This document shows, piece after piece, positions 9,892 through 19,956 of a DNA stretch of 64,000 bases (within the stretch, counting starts at the first letter, position 1; every line of letters begins with the position of its first letter). Source of the DNA: Promethearchaeota archaeon (lineage in GTDB: Archaea > Asgardarchaeota > Lokiarchaeia > Sigyniarchaeales > SOKP01). The notes under the pieces are model-generated. The model ran no database searches, was not told the DNA's origin, and saw nothing but the letters and a program-made list of their open reading frames with translations. The stretch is taken from NCBI GenBank assembly GCA_016930515.1, contig JAFGGO010000114.1, positions 32,001-96,000 on the forward strand. The letters are read 5' to 3'. The position numbers and the translations under genes are program-made.

Positions 9892-11895
9892 TTATATGGG
9901 AACATCTCGATATTGGTCCTTGAGATTTTCAAAATTATCGAGATTATAATGAGGAAAGTATAAGGAAAACGCATATTCTTTTTGAAATAATGGAGAAGAT
10001 GCAATTTCGTGATATTTTACCTCGTGAGCGATCCTATCAGCAAGATTTCGTTCTTCGTAATCTTTAATGAATAATTGAGCTCCCATTCCAGCAGAATTTC
10101 CTACTTGATAGATTTGCTCGGGAGCGATTTCGGGGAACAATCCTATAAAAGCAGCGTTTTCTTTCTTAATATAGTTCCCAAAACCACCAGCTAAAAGTAC
10201 TTGTTCGAGATCGAGCTTGCTTTTATTCTCCGAACCAAGAAGTAAATTAGCAGAGCTAAGAAAGGCTCCTTTCGCAAGTTGGAGTTGTCCCAAGTCTTTT
10301 TGAGAAATCGTTATTTCCTTAACATCACTTTCTTTTGGATCCAAATCTAACGCTCCAATATCCCATTCTGATTTGTAAACGATGTAGTGGGGTCCGTCCT
10401 CTCGTTTTACGATTCGTCGGTGATTTGCGACTTGATCTGATTTCAAATTAAACTTACCCGCTCTTGTAATTATCTTGGATTTTAACATTTCGGCAACAAT
10501 ATCAATAAGGCCTGATCCACATAAACCGAGGGGATTCACGTTTCCAATGACTCCTATCGATGGTTCCAAGGAGTTCCTATCGATATTTACAGACTCGATG
10601 GCCCCTTCACATCCTCTCATTCCGCATGATATGTGTGCCCCTTCTAGGGCGGAACCTGCGGCGCAGGATCCTGTAACCAAACCATTCTTGTTACCTAAAA
10701 CGAGTTCACCATTGGTTCCTATATCGATCAAGAGCGAATATTTATCGTATTCGTATATTTTCGAAGAAACTATGCATCCAATGGTATCCGTTCCTACATA
10801 ACCTGCAATGACAGGAGGGGAATAAATATTGATATTTGGACTGCAATTTATGCCCATTAATCCCGCACTCACATTAATCGGAGCTTTAAAGACGGGTACA
10901 TAAGGAGAAATGGAAAGATATTCCGTTGGGATCCCAAAAAACATGTGATGTATACCCGTGTTTCCAACGATTGCGATATCTTTAATTTGAGCAAGGGAAA
11001 TTTTTGCTTTTTTGGCGCAATCTTCCATTAGTTCATTAATGGCGCTTATTAATAGGCTTTTTGCGCTCTCTATGCTTTTATGTTTAACAATATATGTGAT
11101 TCTCGAGATTAAATCCTCTCCAATAACAACTTGAGGATTTAACATTGAAGATATTGCCGTAAGTTCTCCCGAATCCAGGTTTATTAGATATCCGACCACG
11201 GTTGTTGTCCCGATATCGAACGCCATGCCATATATATCATTAAAATCGTGTCCAGCCTCTACATCAAAAAGATTCCATTCGTTTTTGCCAGTATTTCTCC
11301 TAAAAAACGCTGTAATTGCACCTTCCTTTTCCCTCATGAGAAACGGAAGCTTTTTAGAAATATTATATAGGCAATCGTTTACCTGCAACGATGAATTATC
11401 GTCGTATAGTTTATGATTGCTCTGATCGCTTAATATTGCGTCATTCAAGCCAGTCAAATCGTTTCTTTGAGTTTTCAAATCCGTTGTTTTGATAACATAT
11501 TCTCGAGCAGATACGAGCGGTTGCATTTTATGTACGATTTCGATGCCTAAGGCGTTCAAATCCGAATCAATTAAAATTTGACTCCCCTTTGGAATTAATG
11601 CCTCGGTTAAATAAACCCTCAAGTCTCCAAGTACTTGAGCCTGGCATGCAAGTCGATAACCATCAGCAATCTTTTCTTTTCCAAGCACCTTTAGTTCTTT
11701 TTCGTTCGGTTCGGAAATTTTTGGTTTCGGGTCCATGATACGGATCAAACATTTCCCACAGGTACCCTTACCAGCGCATAACGCACCAATCGGGTAATTC
11801 AAGGCTAATAAGCCTTCATAAACCGTGGAACCGTTCTCCACGTGCAATCTTTTTGATACGGGTTCCAATATAAGAGTACTTCTTTTATGTTCCAT
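9892..11895 (-). CDS. RACo/ASKHA-type ATP-dependent corrinoid reductive activator with N-terminal [2Fe-2S] domain
   Basis: CAGKGTCGKC...RLACQ, DIGTTT, DIGTNGE, GLCGSG and LAGGFG motifs. Confidence 0.93.
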   Translation of the reverse strand: MEHKRSTLILEPVSKRLHVENGSTVYEGLLALNYPIGALCAGKGTCGKCLIRIMDPKPKISEPNEKELKVLGKEKIADGYRLACQAQVLGDLRVYLTEALIPKGSQILIDSDLNALGIEIVHKMQPLVSAREYVIKTTDLKTQRNDLTGLNDAILSDQSNHKLYDDNSSLQVNDCLYNISKKLPFLMREKEGAITAFFRRNTGKNEWNLFDVEAGHDFNDIYGMAFDIGTTTVVGYLINLDSGELTAISSMLNPQVVIGEDLISRITYIVKHKSIESAKSLLISAINELMEDCAKKAKISLAQIKDIAIVGNTGIHHMFFGIPTEYLSISPYVPVFKAPINVSAGLMGINCSPNINIYSPPVIAGYVGTDTIGCIVSSKIYEYDKYSLLIDIGTNGELVLGNKNGLVTGSCAAGSALEGAHISCGMRGCEGAIESVNIDRNSLEPSIGVIGNVNPLGLCGSGLIDIVAEMLKSKIITRAGKFNLKSDQVANHRRIVKREDGPHYIVYKSEWDIGALDLDPKESDVKEITISQKDLGQLQLAKGAFLSSANLLLGSENKSKLDLEQVLLAGGFGNYIKKENAAFIGLFPEIAPEQIYQVGNSAGMGAQLFIKDYEERNLADRIAHEVKYHEIASSPLFQKEYAFSLYFPHYNLDNFENLKDQYRDVPI

Positions 11896-11983
11896 TTGAG
11901 ATTCCTTTTATCAAAATATTTCCATAAATAAATAAATATCATAATAAATTTAATGTAAAAAAAATAGATTACGAAAAATAATT

Positions 11984-12646
11984 TTAATTTCTTAACCAAA
12001 TATCGATAAAATCGACTCCTTCGATAGCGTCCTTTGTAAAAGCGTCTACTTTCAATTCTTCTGCGATATCTTCAGAAACGGCAGCTCCACCGAGAATTAT
12101 CTTAGGGTTTAACTCCAGATTTCCGTTTTTCAGGAGTTCTACCGCTCTCTTTACGGCGGGCTCCACGGAAGAGAGAAGGAACGATATTCCTATAACTTTA
12201 ACATCTGGCAATTTTGCGGCTTCTAAAAAATCTTCGGGACTTACATCAACACCAAGGTCTATTACATCCATTCCAAACGATTTCATTATAGCAATTAAAA
12301 TACTTTTTCCCAAGCTATGGATATCTCCTTGGATCGTTCCAATAACGACTTTTCCCTTATAATTTCGAGCCCTTGCAAGTTCTTGCCTTTTTTCTTCGTC
12401 AATCGTGAGTAGTCCGTCGCTTAAAGCTTCAGCGGCCAAGATGAGTCCCATCTCTCCCGAATCTTCAAGGCCTTCGAGAACTCCTCTTTTAATTATTTTA
12501 ATGGTCGATATGCCAGCGTCTATAGCGTCCTTTATTACGGCTTTCATGGAATAAAAGTCCAAGGATCTCACGGCGTCTACGATGTTATCGATGTATTGCT
12601 TATCTTCTTGTAAGAGTTCTACATGTTCGGTCTCAACATTCTGCAT
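11984..12646 (-). CDS. Corrinoid (cobalamin-binding) protein of methyltransferase systems
   Basis: B12-binding motif GDIHSLGK...SFL...GGAA and a short N-terminal cap. Confidence 0.92.
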   Translation of the reverse strand: MQNVETEHVELLQEDKQYIDNIVDAVRSLDFYSMKAVIKDAIDAGISTIKIIKRGVLEGLEDSGEMGLILAAEALSDGLLTIDEEKRQELARARNYKGKVVIGTIQGDIHSLGKSILIAIMKSFGMDVIDLGVDVSPEDFLEAAKLPDVKVIGISFLLSSVEPAVKRAVELLKNGNLELNPKIILGGAAVSEDIAEELKVDAFTKDAIEGVDFIDIWLRN

Positions 12647-12689
12647 TTTTAACCATCTCTTTGTTTAAAATTAAAAAAAAATTGTTGAA

Positions 12690-13496
12690 TTACATGATAA
12701 ACACAATTCCGTGCCACGCAACATAAGGCACGCCAGTCTTATCGTGTTCGGGATTAATGACATATAAGGGCTTCTCTCCGCACTTAACGGCAGTTGCGAA
12801 TACATCAACTCCACACGCTTCTAAAGCTGGGCGCGCTCTTAAATACTGTCGGCACAATTCTCCCTCGAGAGAAGGACATTTTGGAAGTTTTTTTTGTTGC
12901 ATCAAGTCCTTAAAGAACTCTGCAGTCCACATTCCACATCCAACACAAGGACCACCTTTAAAGCCCATTGCGAGGTAATATCCGAGGTAGGTCGCTTCTG
13001 CTTCCACCCACGAAACGATCTCGTTCAGTAAATTCACGTCGCCGTGAACGCCAGTCAAGATACTGGGAAAGATGTTGTTTTCCACTGGCGGGTAAATTGA
13101 AACCATGATGGCGTAGTTATAGCAATCCACGATTTCCCGCATTTCTTCTGCGGTGGGCGAATGTGGCGGACAATTCAAGTTGGAACCGTAACCGAAACAT
13201 ATCGGAACTCGGCATTTCATTCGAACACGCGGATCAATAATGACATTTCTCGGATCGATGAACTTGGCGTGACCAACACATTCAACCTTATACTTCTCAA
13301 TCGCGTCTTTTATATATTTATTGGCTCTCTTCAGGAGCTCGTCGAAAATCTCTTGTTTTGGTTCGAGCTGCATGGGCGAGGGTTCCCTTCCATACTTTTT
13401 TGGCAATACCCTACGCCACTTGTAGGCCATCTTCGAGTCTTCCCGGTCTACATCGGGGATTGGGACTGGTTTAGACGATTTAGTTGGATTTTGCAT
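12690..13496 (-). CDS. DUF2284 family Cys-rich predicted metal-binding protein
   Basis: RMKC-x4-C-xGYG-x4-CPP, GPCVGC and CRxxxxARPALEACGVDVFATA motifs. Confidence 0.85.
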   Translation of the reverse strand: MQNPTKSSKPVPIPDVDREDSKMAYKWRRVLPKKYGREPSPMQLEPKQEIFDELLKRANKYIKDAIEKYKVECVGHAKFIDPRNVIIDPRVRMKCRVPICFGYGSNLNCPPHSPTAEEMREIVDCYNYAIMVSIYPPVENNIFPSILTGVHGDVNLLNEIVSWVEAEATYLGYYLAMGFKGGPCVGCGMWTAEFFKDLMQQKKLPKCPSLEGELCRQYLRARPALEACGVDVFATAVKCGEKPLYVINPEHDKTGVPYVAWHGIVFIM

Positions 13497-13549
13497 TAGT
13501 TTTACCTTGTTTTTCTTGTTAATCTAGTTTTCCTATTGTTTTATCATAT

Positions 13550-13579
13550 TACTAACGTAAACCGAGGCTTAGGTTAGTA
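13550..13579. promoter_or_regulatory. Imperfect palindrome, putative operator of the DUF2284-corrinoid-RACo operon
   Basis: TACTAACGTAA-N8-TTAGGTTAGTA (10/11 match), immediately downstream (minus-strand sense) of TTATAA at 13583-13588. Confidence 0.5.
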
Positions 13580-13841
13580 GTGTTATAACTAATATTAATC
13601 GATTGTTTAAAAAGATATCTAATTGAATAAGCGTTCATTTGAACCGGCATTCACTTTATTAAAAACGCTCGAATATATTAATAAACCTCCGAATCGGGTA
13701 TTTCAAGCGAATATTTTGATATCTTTTTAATTTCACGGAATATAAACAAGATATAAATTCTCAATTCCATAGTTATAATTTAAAGACAATTTCTGCTCAA
13801 AATCTAATAAATTAGAAGATTTGATACATTCTGAAAATTTA

Positions 13842-14290
13842 TTAGATACATTTAAAAATTAAAAAAAGATTCAAAAAAAAATCTATTTTAGGTGATTTTT
13901 TGATTATTATCGCTGCAACAATAGAGATCCGTGCTAATTCCAGCAAACAGTAGCAAGAAATAGACTCATCTGACTCTGAAAGCTTAACAAAAACAGAGAT
14001 CTCATTTGACAGAGAATTCCCATTTTCGTTAAATGCCATAACTTGGAAGTAATATCTTCTGTTATCCCACCAAGATATATTCGCTCCTCCCGAACCATCG
14101 CTAGTTATCTTGGAGTGATATCGAATATTCGTTGCGTTGTAAATTAGAACGCCCGAGGGATTCCACATTTCCTGACGAATCTAATTTCTAAGATCGTATT
14201 TCCTCGTAAAATACATCATACTACTAATAATCGCATTATAATAATCAGAATTAAATTCTTTTTATTTTTACTTCCAACCATCTCTCCCTT
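13842..14290 (-). pseudogene. Collapsed remnant of a large surface protein (repeat + FN3-like end + Loki-CTERM-like tail)
   Basis: Fragments KLDSSGNV, ITSDGSGGANISWWDNR, YYFQVMAFNENGNSLSNEISV and ESISCY...IIIKK joined with no intact start. 5' boundary approximate. Confidence 0.6.
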
Positions 14291-14423
14291 GTTGGTTCAC
14301 GATCAATATAGGGACTATAAAGGTGAAATTAGGCATTAAATTAGAGATCCTTTTCGCTTCCGCGCCTATCAGAAAATTGTCGGACCATGAACATTTTATT
14401 CTTGTGAATTACTACCTCGCGAG

Positions 14424-15176
14424 ATGCAGTTTGACTCGGGATTTAGTGTGTTTCGATCGAACAAGGAGCGTTCTATCGTCCCTAGCGGGGAAAAAGCCTT
14501 GGACGAGATTCTTTCGGGAGGTTTCCATCGAGAGCTCGTCTATCTCATCTACGGAGACAAGAAAAGGAGCGCAAGCGTCTTGCTTAGCACCTCAGTCGAG
14601 GCGCAAAAGGCTTGCGTCAACGGAGGAATCGGAGAAAGAGCGCAAGTAGCATTCATAGACGGTACGAATCGATTTAACCCTTATGACATCAGCAAATACG
14701 CCGTTTCGCAGCGTTTATCGCCACAACGAGTGTTGGAAAACATTCTTGTCGCTCGAGCGTTTACTTGGGACCAAATGATAGAGATCTTGGAAAATAGACT
14801 TTCTAATCTCGAGGGGATCAAGGTATTACTCGTCTCGGGAATCACGTGCCTGCTTCAAAACCACGATAAGCGAACCTTCGAAGACTTGCTCCGGGCAATA
14901 GGCGGTATAAAAAAAGCGCTTGAAAAGTCAAGGCCCTTGATCGTTTTAACCGCCCCCTTGAACGAATATTCCCTGTTTCGACCCGAAGGGGGAAAAATTC
15001 TCGCTCATTTTGGAAGCGTGTTGGTCTTGATAAACGATAACGAGCGCTTCACGGAATATACGCTCGTTCAGCACCCCTACCTCCCAGAACGCAGGATTTT
15101 GAGGTGGAAGCCCAGAAGAAGCAAGAGGCCCCTGTCCTGCACCACGCGAAACGCCAAGATTGACAATTGGTTTTAA
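14424..15176 (+). CDS. Inactive RadA/Rad51-like protein (PolB2-associated type)
   Basis: SGEKALDEILSGG, FIDGTNRFNPY and VARAFTWDQ are RadA-like. Walker A is degenerate (YGDKKRSAS). C-terminus is PIP-like (NAKIDNWF). Confidence 0.85.
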   Translation: MQFDSGFSVFRSNKERSIVPSGEKALDEILSGGFHRELVYLIYGDKKRSASVLLSTSVEAQKACVNGGIGERAQVAFIDGTNRFNPYDISKYAVSQRLSPQRVLENILVARAFTWDQMIEILENRLSNLEGIKVLLVSGITCLLQNHDKRTFEDLLRAIGGIKKALEKSRPLIVLTAPLNEYSLFRPEGGKILAHFGSVLVLINDNERFTEYTLVQHPYLPERRILRWKPRRSKRPLSCTTRNAKIDNWF

Positions 15177-15183
15177 CATGAGA

Positions 15184-16356
15184 CTATAATTTTTTCATTT
15201 CCTTGATTAAAGAAACGATAGCTTGATATTTTTCGAGCGCTTCAGCAACATTTTTTTTTTCCAAGGCGTTCAAGCAGGCTATATTTATCGATCGTATTTG
15301 ATTCTTGAGATTTTTGCTTTTCTCGAGTCGTTCTTTTTCTTCGTTTATCGATTTTTTGATGTCGTCCAAAAATGCCTGATATTTCTGCTCAAGTTCCTGA
15401 TTGCCCGATGAACGCGAAAAAGAAATGATGGTCTCACAATTTGAGATCGCATTATCGAAAAACCCTTCTTTTAGATTTTGTTGAAAGTCCAGCTCTAATT
15501 GAGCAATATTTTCTCCAACTTTTTGAAATTCTTCTATAGCAGTGGTGATTTCTTTTAAGCGATTCTCTAACTTGGGAAGCAGTTCGTTCATCTCCTTTAA
15601 TTTAATCAAGGCGATTTCAAGAGTGATTTCATTCTTAGCTTCTTCAAATTGACCGCTTTTTTCTAGTTTTTTGCTCGTGTCGATTACTTTTTCGATTTTT
15701 TCGTATGTCTTTCGAACTTCCTCGTATTCCTCGTATTTTAATTTTTGTATGAGGCTGTGCTCTAAAGTGCCCCATTTTCTCTGATATAATTCTTTTTTGA
15801 CACCTTCGAGGGTATATATATGTTCCCAAGCCCGGTCTATAACATCGTTTGCCTTATCAATAGCTTGGAGCCTTATGGCGTTATAAAATTGAATTTCCAA
15901 GCGATCGAGAGATTCTACTTTATTATCTTGTTCAACTTGATACCCCTTCCAAATTTCTTCGTCCTTATTAATACAATAATTTGCCGAAGGATAGCGAGAG
16001 AGGTTATAATGTTGTTGATATTTTTGTTTGAACTCCATTACGAGCTCGTGGGCTTTTTTAATATCGTCCACATCCAAGTAGTCGTCAAATTTTTCTTTTA
16101 ATTTATCGCTCAATAGTACAAGGTCAACGGTTTTTGATTTATTGGTAGAAGTAGATCGTATTTTTTCTATGTAATCTTGTTGTTCTTTTACAAATTGCTC
16201 CAAGTTTATCTTCCGAGCTAAATCAATTATCCTTTCCGAAATTTTCAGGGCTTGATCGACTTTTCCCGTGCTATAGCAACTAGCTTGTGAAAGTTTAAGC
16301 TCTTCTATTTCAGCTATGATTGCGATCTTATCGAGGTTATCTGATTTTGAAGGCAA
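15184..16356 (-). CDS. Helical-repeat/coiled-coil protein, paralogous to the C-terminal part of the upstream gene
   Basis: Shares AHxLVxxFKxKY..NLS..P and AIxNCExII motifs with 16370..18772. SD GGTGA lies upstream of the TTG start. Confidence 0.8.
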   Translation of the reverse strand: MPSKSDNLDKIAIIAEIEELKLSQASCYSTGKVDQALKISERIIDLARKINLEQFVKEQQDYIEKIRSTSTNKSKTVDLVLLSDKLKEKFDDYLDVDDIKKAHELVMEFKQKYQQHYNLSRYPSANYCINKDEEIWKGYQVEQDNKVESLDRLEIQFYNAIRLQAIDKANDVIDRAWEHIYTLEGVKKELYQRKWGTLEHSLIQKLKYEEYEEVRKTYEKIEKVIDTSKKLEKSGQFEEAKNEITLEIALIKLKEMNELLPKLENRLKEITTAIEEFQKVGENIAQLELDFQQNLKEGFFDNAISNCETIISFSRSSGNQELEQKYQAFLDDIKKSINEEKERLEKSKNLKNQIRSINIACLNALEKKNVAEALEKYQAIVSLIKEMKKL

Positions 16357-16369
16357 GAAACAATATCAC

Positions 16370-18772
16370 CTAGGAATCGTTTTTAAAGTCCTCGAGTTGT
16401 TTAATGATCGTTTCAAAAGCGTCCAAGGATTCGTTAAACTTGCTCTCGTCCAGGAAATTAATTCCCTTATTACTCAAGAGTACGATTTGGTCTAGCAATT
16501 GTTCGTATTTTCGAGATTCTACCTCTTTGATTTCGTTTTCCAGCTCATCTTGGAGAGACGCTAATATTTTCTTAAATCGTTCTTCACAACTCTTTTCGTT
16601 GTTGTCCCGAGCTATTTGTAGTGCTTTTTTACAATTCTCCATTGCTTTCTCAAGCTTGTGCTCGTTCCTATCTGATTCAATACTTTTTTCAATATCTTCA
16701 ATTTCATGTAATATACTGGTCTTTTTTTGTTTCAAGAGTTCCATGTCTTTTTTGATATCGTTGATCTTGTTCTTGAGGTCATTAAAACAAGCATCTTGAA
16801 TCTCTTCTTCGATTGATACGATTTTAGAAATTGCTTCTTTAATTTTATCTTCATTCTTCAATTCCAAGACTTCTTGAAGTAATGAATCTGCTACTTCCCG
16901 AGTTTCTTCTATTTCATGATTGATGTCTTCAATCCGCTCAGAGAAATTCTGTACCAACGCATTTTCCCCACTTTTCTTAGAGATCTCAATGATTTTTTCG
17001 CAAATCTTTATTGAATCGCTAAATTCGTGTTTATTTTCGCTTTTATCTAATTTTTGCTTTAGTACATTCAATTCAATCCTAAATTGTGCTTGATTCTCTT
17101 TTTCTTTTAATAATTCGTGTTTCATATTTTCTAATTGGGATTTTTGATCCTTAAAGTCGGGACCGTGTAATTCCTCTAGCATGGAATTGATTTTAGATAT
17201 CGCTTCATCGAGCTTGCCCATCTTTTGAAGCTCCATAAGTTCTTCAATCAGGGTTTCGGCAATTTCCTTGGTTTCCTTGAGTTCTAGCTCGATATCTTCT
17301 TTAAGAAGCGTGAATTTCTCCACGAGTGAGTCATTTTCCTTTTTTTTAGATAATGCGATTATGTTTTCACAGGCAAGTATTGCTTGGGTCAAGAAATTAT
17401 TATTCTTACTCTCCATAAGATCAAGCTCTAAAGAATTAATTTTTTCGTTAAAATTAGCGAGTTCAAATAGTTCAGAAGTTAAGCTTTTTTCTAGCTGTTC
17501 TAATTTTTTCTTTTCTTCAATAAAATCAGAACTACTTAATTTTTTCATCACGGAAGAAATTTCTTTAATAGCTTCTTCAAGACGATTTTCTTCTTTTAAT
17601 ATCAAGATTTTTATCAAGCTCTTTTCATACGCTTGCCTGTAATTATCCAATTTTTGTCTCAGGGTTTTGGAGATTTCCACATATTTTTTCTCCAGGCCAA
17701 ACTTTTCTGTTCCAGGCAAAATTGATAATAAAGACTCGCAATTCTTGATTGCATCTCCTAAATGATCGTCTTCCAGATTAGATTTTATCTCCGATTCCAA
17801 AAGATCTATTTTGTTCAGGATTTTTATTCGTTCTTCTTCCGTCTTTTTTTTTTTAGAATTGAATTGAGTTTCTAACGATTGCCACTTCTTTTTTATCCCC
17901 TCGTCAACGACCTTGTTTAACAACTTTTTGGCTTTTTCAAGAGCTTCAGTTGCGCCTTCCATTTCGTTTTTACTAACAAGCTCGGAAAATTCGCTTTCAA
18001 TTCTTATTAGTGATTGAAGGTTTTTATCAACTGATGCCATTGCAGCTTGCTGAGCGTTATCGTCCTTTAAGAAAAGCTCCTCGATGATCGGAATGGAAGA
18101 AAGGTTCACATTAAATGTGCTGTATTTTTTCTTGAAATCACTGACCAACTTGTGTGCCTCTTCATATTTATCGTTTTCCAAGAACTTATCAAATAGTTCT
18201 TTTACTGCTTGAGCTTCGTTGGTTATATCTTTGACTAAATTCTTAAGTTGCTCTCGTTCCTTTAGATTTTCAATGAGTTCTTTTTGATCTTTTTCGAGTG
18301 CTTTGTCTTTTATTTCTTTTGACAATTCGATAATGCGATCCGAAATGACAGTCGCTTCTAGATATTTTTCTTCCTTGATAAGAGAATCCATCTCGTCTTT
18401 TAATTCGTTTATTTCATCCACGATAGGAGCAAGGATGTCCTCTTGGGCTTTAATGTGTCCTTCTAGGTCTTGTTTCTTGAAACTAAATATTTTAAAAAAG
18501 TCAAAGGGTTCTTCGCCAGATTCAATAGTAATATTTCTCAAAACCGCAAGATCGGGGTATTTTCGGGCAAATAATTCTCTTATTTGAGGAATATATGCTT
18601 TAAGCGTATAACTAGCTGATTTACTCACCCAGATATACATTCTTTTCGACTTTCGCGAATATATCGCCAATATCGTGTATAACGTAAATAGATCAAGGGG
18701 ATCGTCTGGAGTTTGCTCTTCAAATGTTCCTGAGTAGCTTAATTTATAGATTTTAATGTCTTTATCAGCCAT
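16370..18772 (-). CDS. Gelsolin-like domain fused to a long helical-repeat/coiled-coil region
   Basis: N-terminal MYIWVSKSAS...TIESGEEPFDFFKIF fits the gelsolin-domain pattern. It is followed by ~120-aa E/K-rich repeats. Confidence 0.7.
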   Translation of the reverse strand: MADKDIKIYKLSYSGTFEEQTPDDPLDLFTLYTILAIYSRKSKRMYIWVSKSASYTLKAYIPQIRELFARKYPDLAVLRNITIESGEEPFDFFKIFSFKKQDLEGHIKAQEDILAPIVDEINELKDEMDSLIKEEKYLEATVISDRIIELSKEIKDKALEKDQKELIENLKEREQLKNLVKDITNEAQAVKELFDKFLENDKYEEAHKLVSDFKKKYSTFNVNLSSIPIIEELFLKDDNAQQAAMASVDKNLQSLIRIESEFSELVSKNEMEGATEALEKAKKLLNKVVDEGIKKKWQSLETQFNSKKKKTEEERIKILNKIDLLESEIKSNLEDDHLGDAIKNCESLLSILPGTEKFGLEKKYVEISKTLRQKLDNYRQAYEKSLIKILILKEENRLEEAIKEISSVMKKLSSSDFIEEKKKLEQLEKSLTSELFELANFNEKINSLELDLMESKNNNFLTQAILACENIIALSKKKENDSLVEKFTLLKEDIELELKETKEIAETLIEELMELQKMGKLDEAISKINSMLEELHGPDFKDQKSQLENMKHELLKEKENQAQFRIELNVLKQKLDKSENKHEFSDSIKICEKIIEISKKSGENALVQNFSERIEDINHEIEETREVADSLLQEVLELKNEDKIKEAISKIVSIEEEIQDACFNDLKNKINDIKKDMELLKQKKTSILHEIEDIEKSIESDRNEHKLEKAMENCKKALQIARDNNEKSCEERFKKILASLQDELENEIKEVESRKYEQLLDQIVLLSNKGINFLDESKFNESLDAFETIIKQLEDFKNDS

Positions 18773-18933
18773 GTGACTATTCTCGTTTTGGTTTACTTAT
18801 ATCAAAAATAAATAATAATTTCTATATAAATATCGTTATATCAAAAAGGTAGGATGGTATTATTAAGTTTAGTTTTGGCGAAATGATTAAATTAAAAAAA
18901 AAAATATGGATATTTTTAATGGCATAAACGGCA

Positions 18934-19329
18934 TTAAGGTCCGAATATAATCCCAATACCAAGTGTTATTCCCATAATTATCCCTATCGTGACGAACACG
19001 GCAAGTATAACCAAGAGCGCGATTACAAGCGCCAAAATTGCTACGATTATTGCCATACAAAAACCTATATCGTGGCGCTTTCCAATAAAATAAAAAATCA
19101 AGATCAGCATAATAATCGCGATTATCCAATGAATAAATACAAAGGAAAAAAGAATGGTGACCACGAAAGCCGTGAGAAATACCTCTCCAAAATCAGTATG
19201 TTTTGCGTTCACGATTGCCAGTGCAATTTTAAGAAAAATGGTTGTAATGACCAAGTTAATGATGATCCAAAAAAATATTATTAGTGTTATTGTCAAAACA
19301 TCTAAACCAGTCCACCAAGCGTATATCAT
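18934..19329 (-). CDS. Small 4-TM membrane protein
   Basis: Four hydrophobic segments in 131 aa. Confidence 0.8.
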   Translation of the reverse strand: MIYAWWTGLDVLTITLIIFFWIIINLVITTIFLKIALAIVNAKHTDFGEVFLTAFVVTILFSFVFIHWIIAIIMLILIFYFIGKRHDIGFCMAIIVAILALVIALLVILAVFVTIGIIMGITLGIGIIFGP

Positions 19330-19419
19330 ATTTTATTCTAACTCGTTATATTAATAAATTTTTTACATTTTAAGGATTAAAATAAGTATCTTTTTTTAAA
19401 TATCAATTTGCTTGAGAAT

Positions 19420-19848
19420 TTAACCTTCTTTTTTCTTGTAAAAATTTTCGTTCTTTGACGCCAAGGTTAAATCGTCTCCACCATACCTGACCTTTCTGGC
19501 GTTATAATATAAAATTGTTTTTTCTTCGCAAATCTTGTTCCATTCGATGATCCCGTGTTTCTTGATCATTAAAAGATTATAGATCTTGGAGTTATGGGGC
19601 AAAAAAATCTCGTAATTCACGATCGGCTGGAGTTTTTCGCATGGAAATTCGTCGCACTCGTAGCAAAAATTATAACTCTTTCCAACCACGCACTCGTATG
19701 TCTTACAAACGGGAAAATTCTTGACTTGTCCACCCTGTTCTCGACAACCCCTACAGTCGTGCGCTTTTTTTCCAGGGCATTTCTTGCAGTAAATACCGCA
19801 TGGAGCGTGATCGTTGAAATACAACCCAAAGGAACACAAATTTGTCAT
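19420..19848 (-). CDS. DUF3795 family Cys-rich protein
   Basis: APCGIYCKKC, CRGCR, C-x4-C and FCYECDEFPC motifs. Confidence 0.85.
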   Translation of the reverse strand: MTNLCSFGLYFNDHAPCGIYCKKCPGKKAHDCRGCREQGGQVKNFPVCKTYECVVGKSYNFCYECDEFPCEKLQPIVNYEIFLPHNSKIYNLLMIKKHGIIEWNKICEEKTILYYNARKVRYGGDDLTLASKNENFYKKKEG

Positions 19849-19956
19849 GGATTATTATCATGATTACTTCTTAAAAGATTTGATGGTAAATCAGAAAACA
19901 CGCGAAGGGGAGCTTTATTTATTGCGCCTTGAGTTTTTTTCCTCAAATCAGTATAG

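Noticed and set aside
13550-13579. DtxR/IdeR box
   Set aside because: The half-sites resemble TTAGGTTAG but are in the opposite arrangement with an 8-nt spacer. Kept only as a generic operator.
14323-14649. 108-aa ORF overlapping the RadA-like gene in another frame
   Set aside because: No recognisable features; the RadA-like frame explains the region.
16404-18587. Ser/Phe-rich plus-strand ORFs
   Set aside because: Typical antisense products of an E/K-rich coiled-coil gene.
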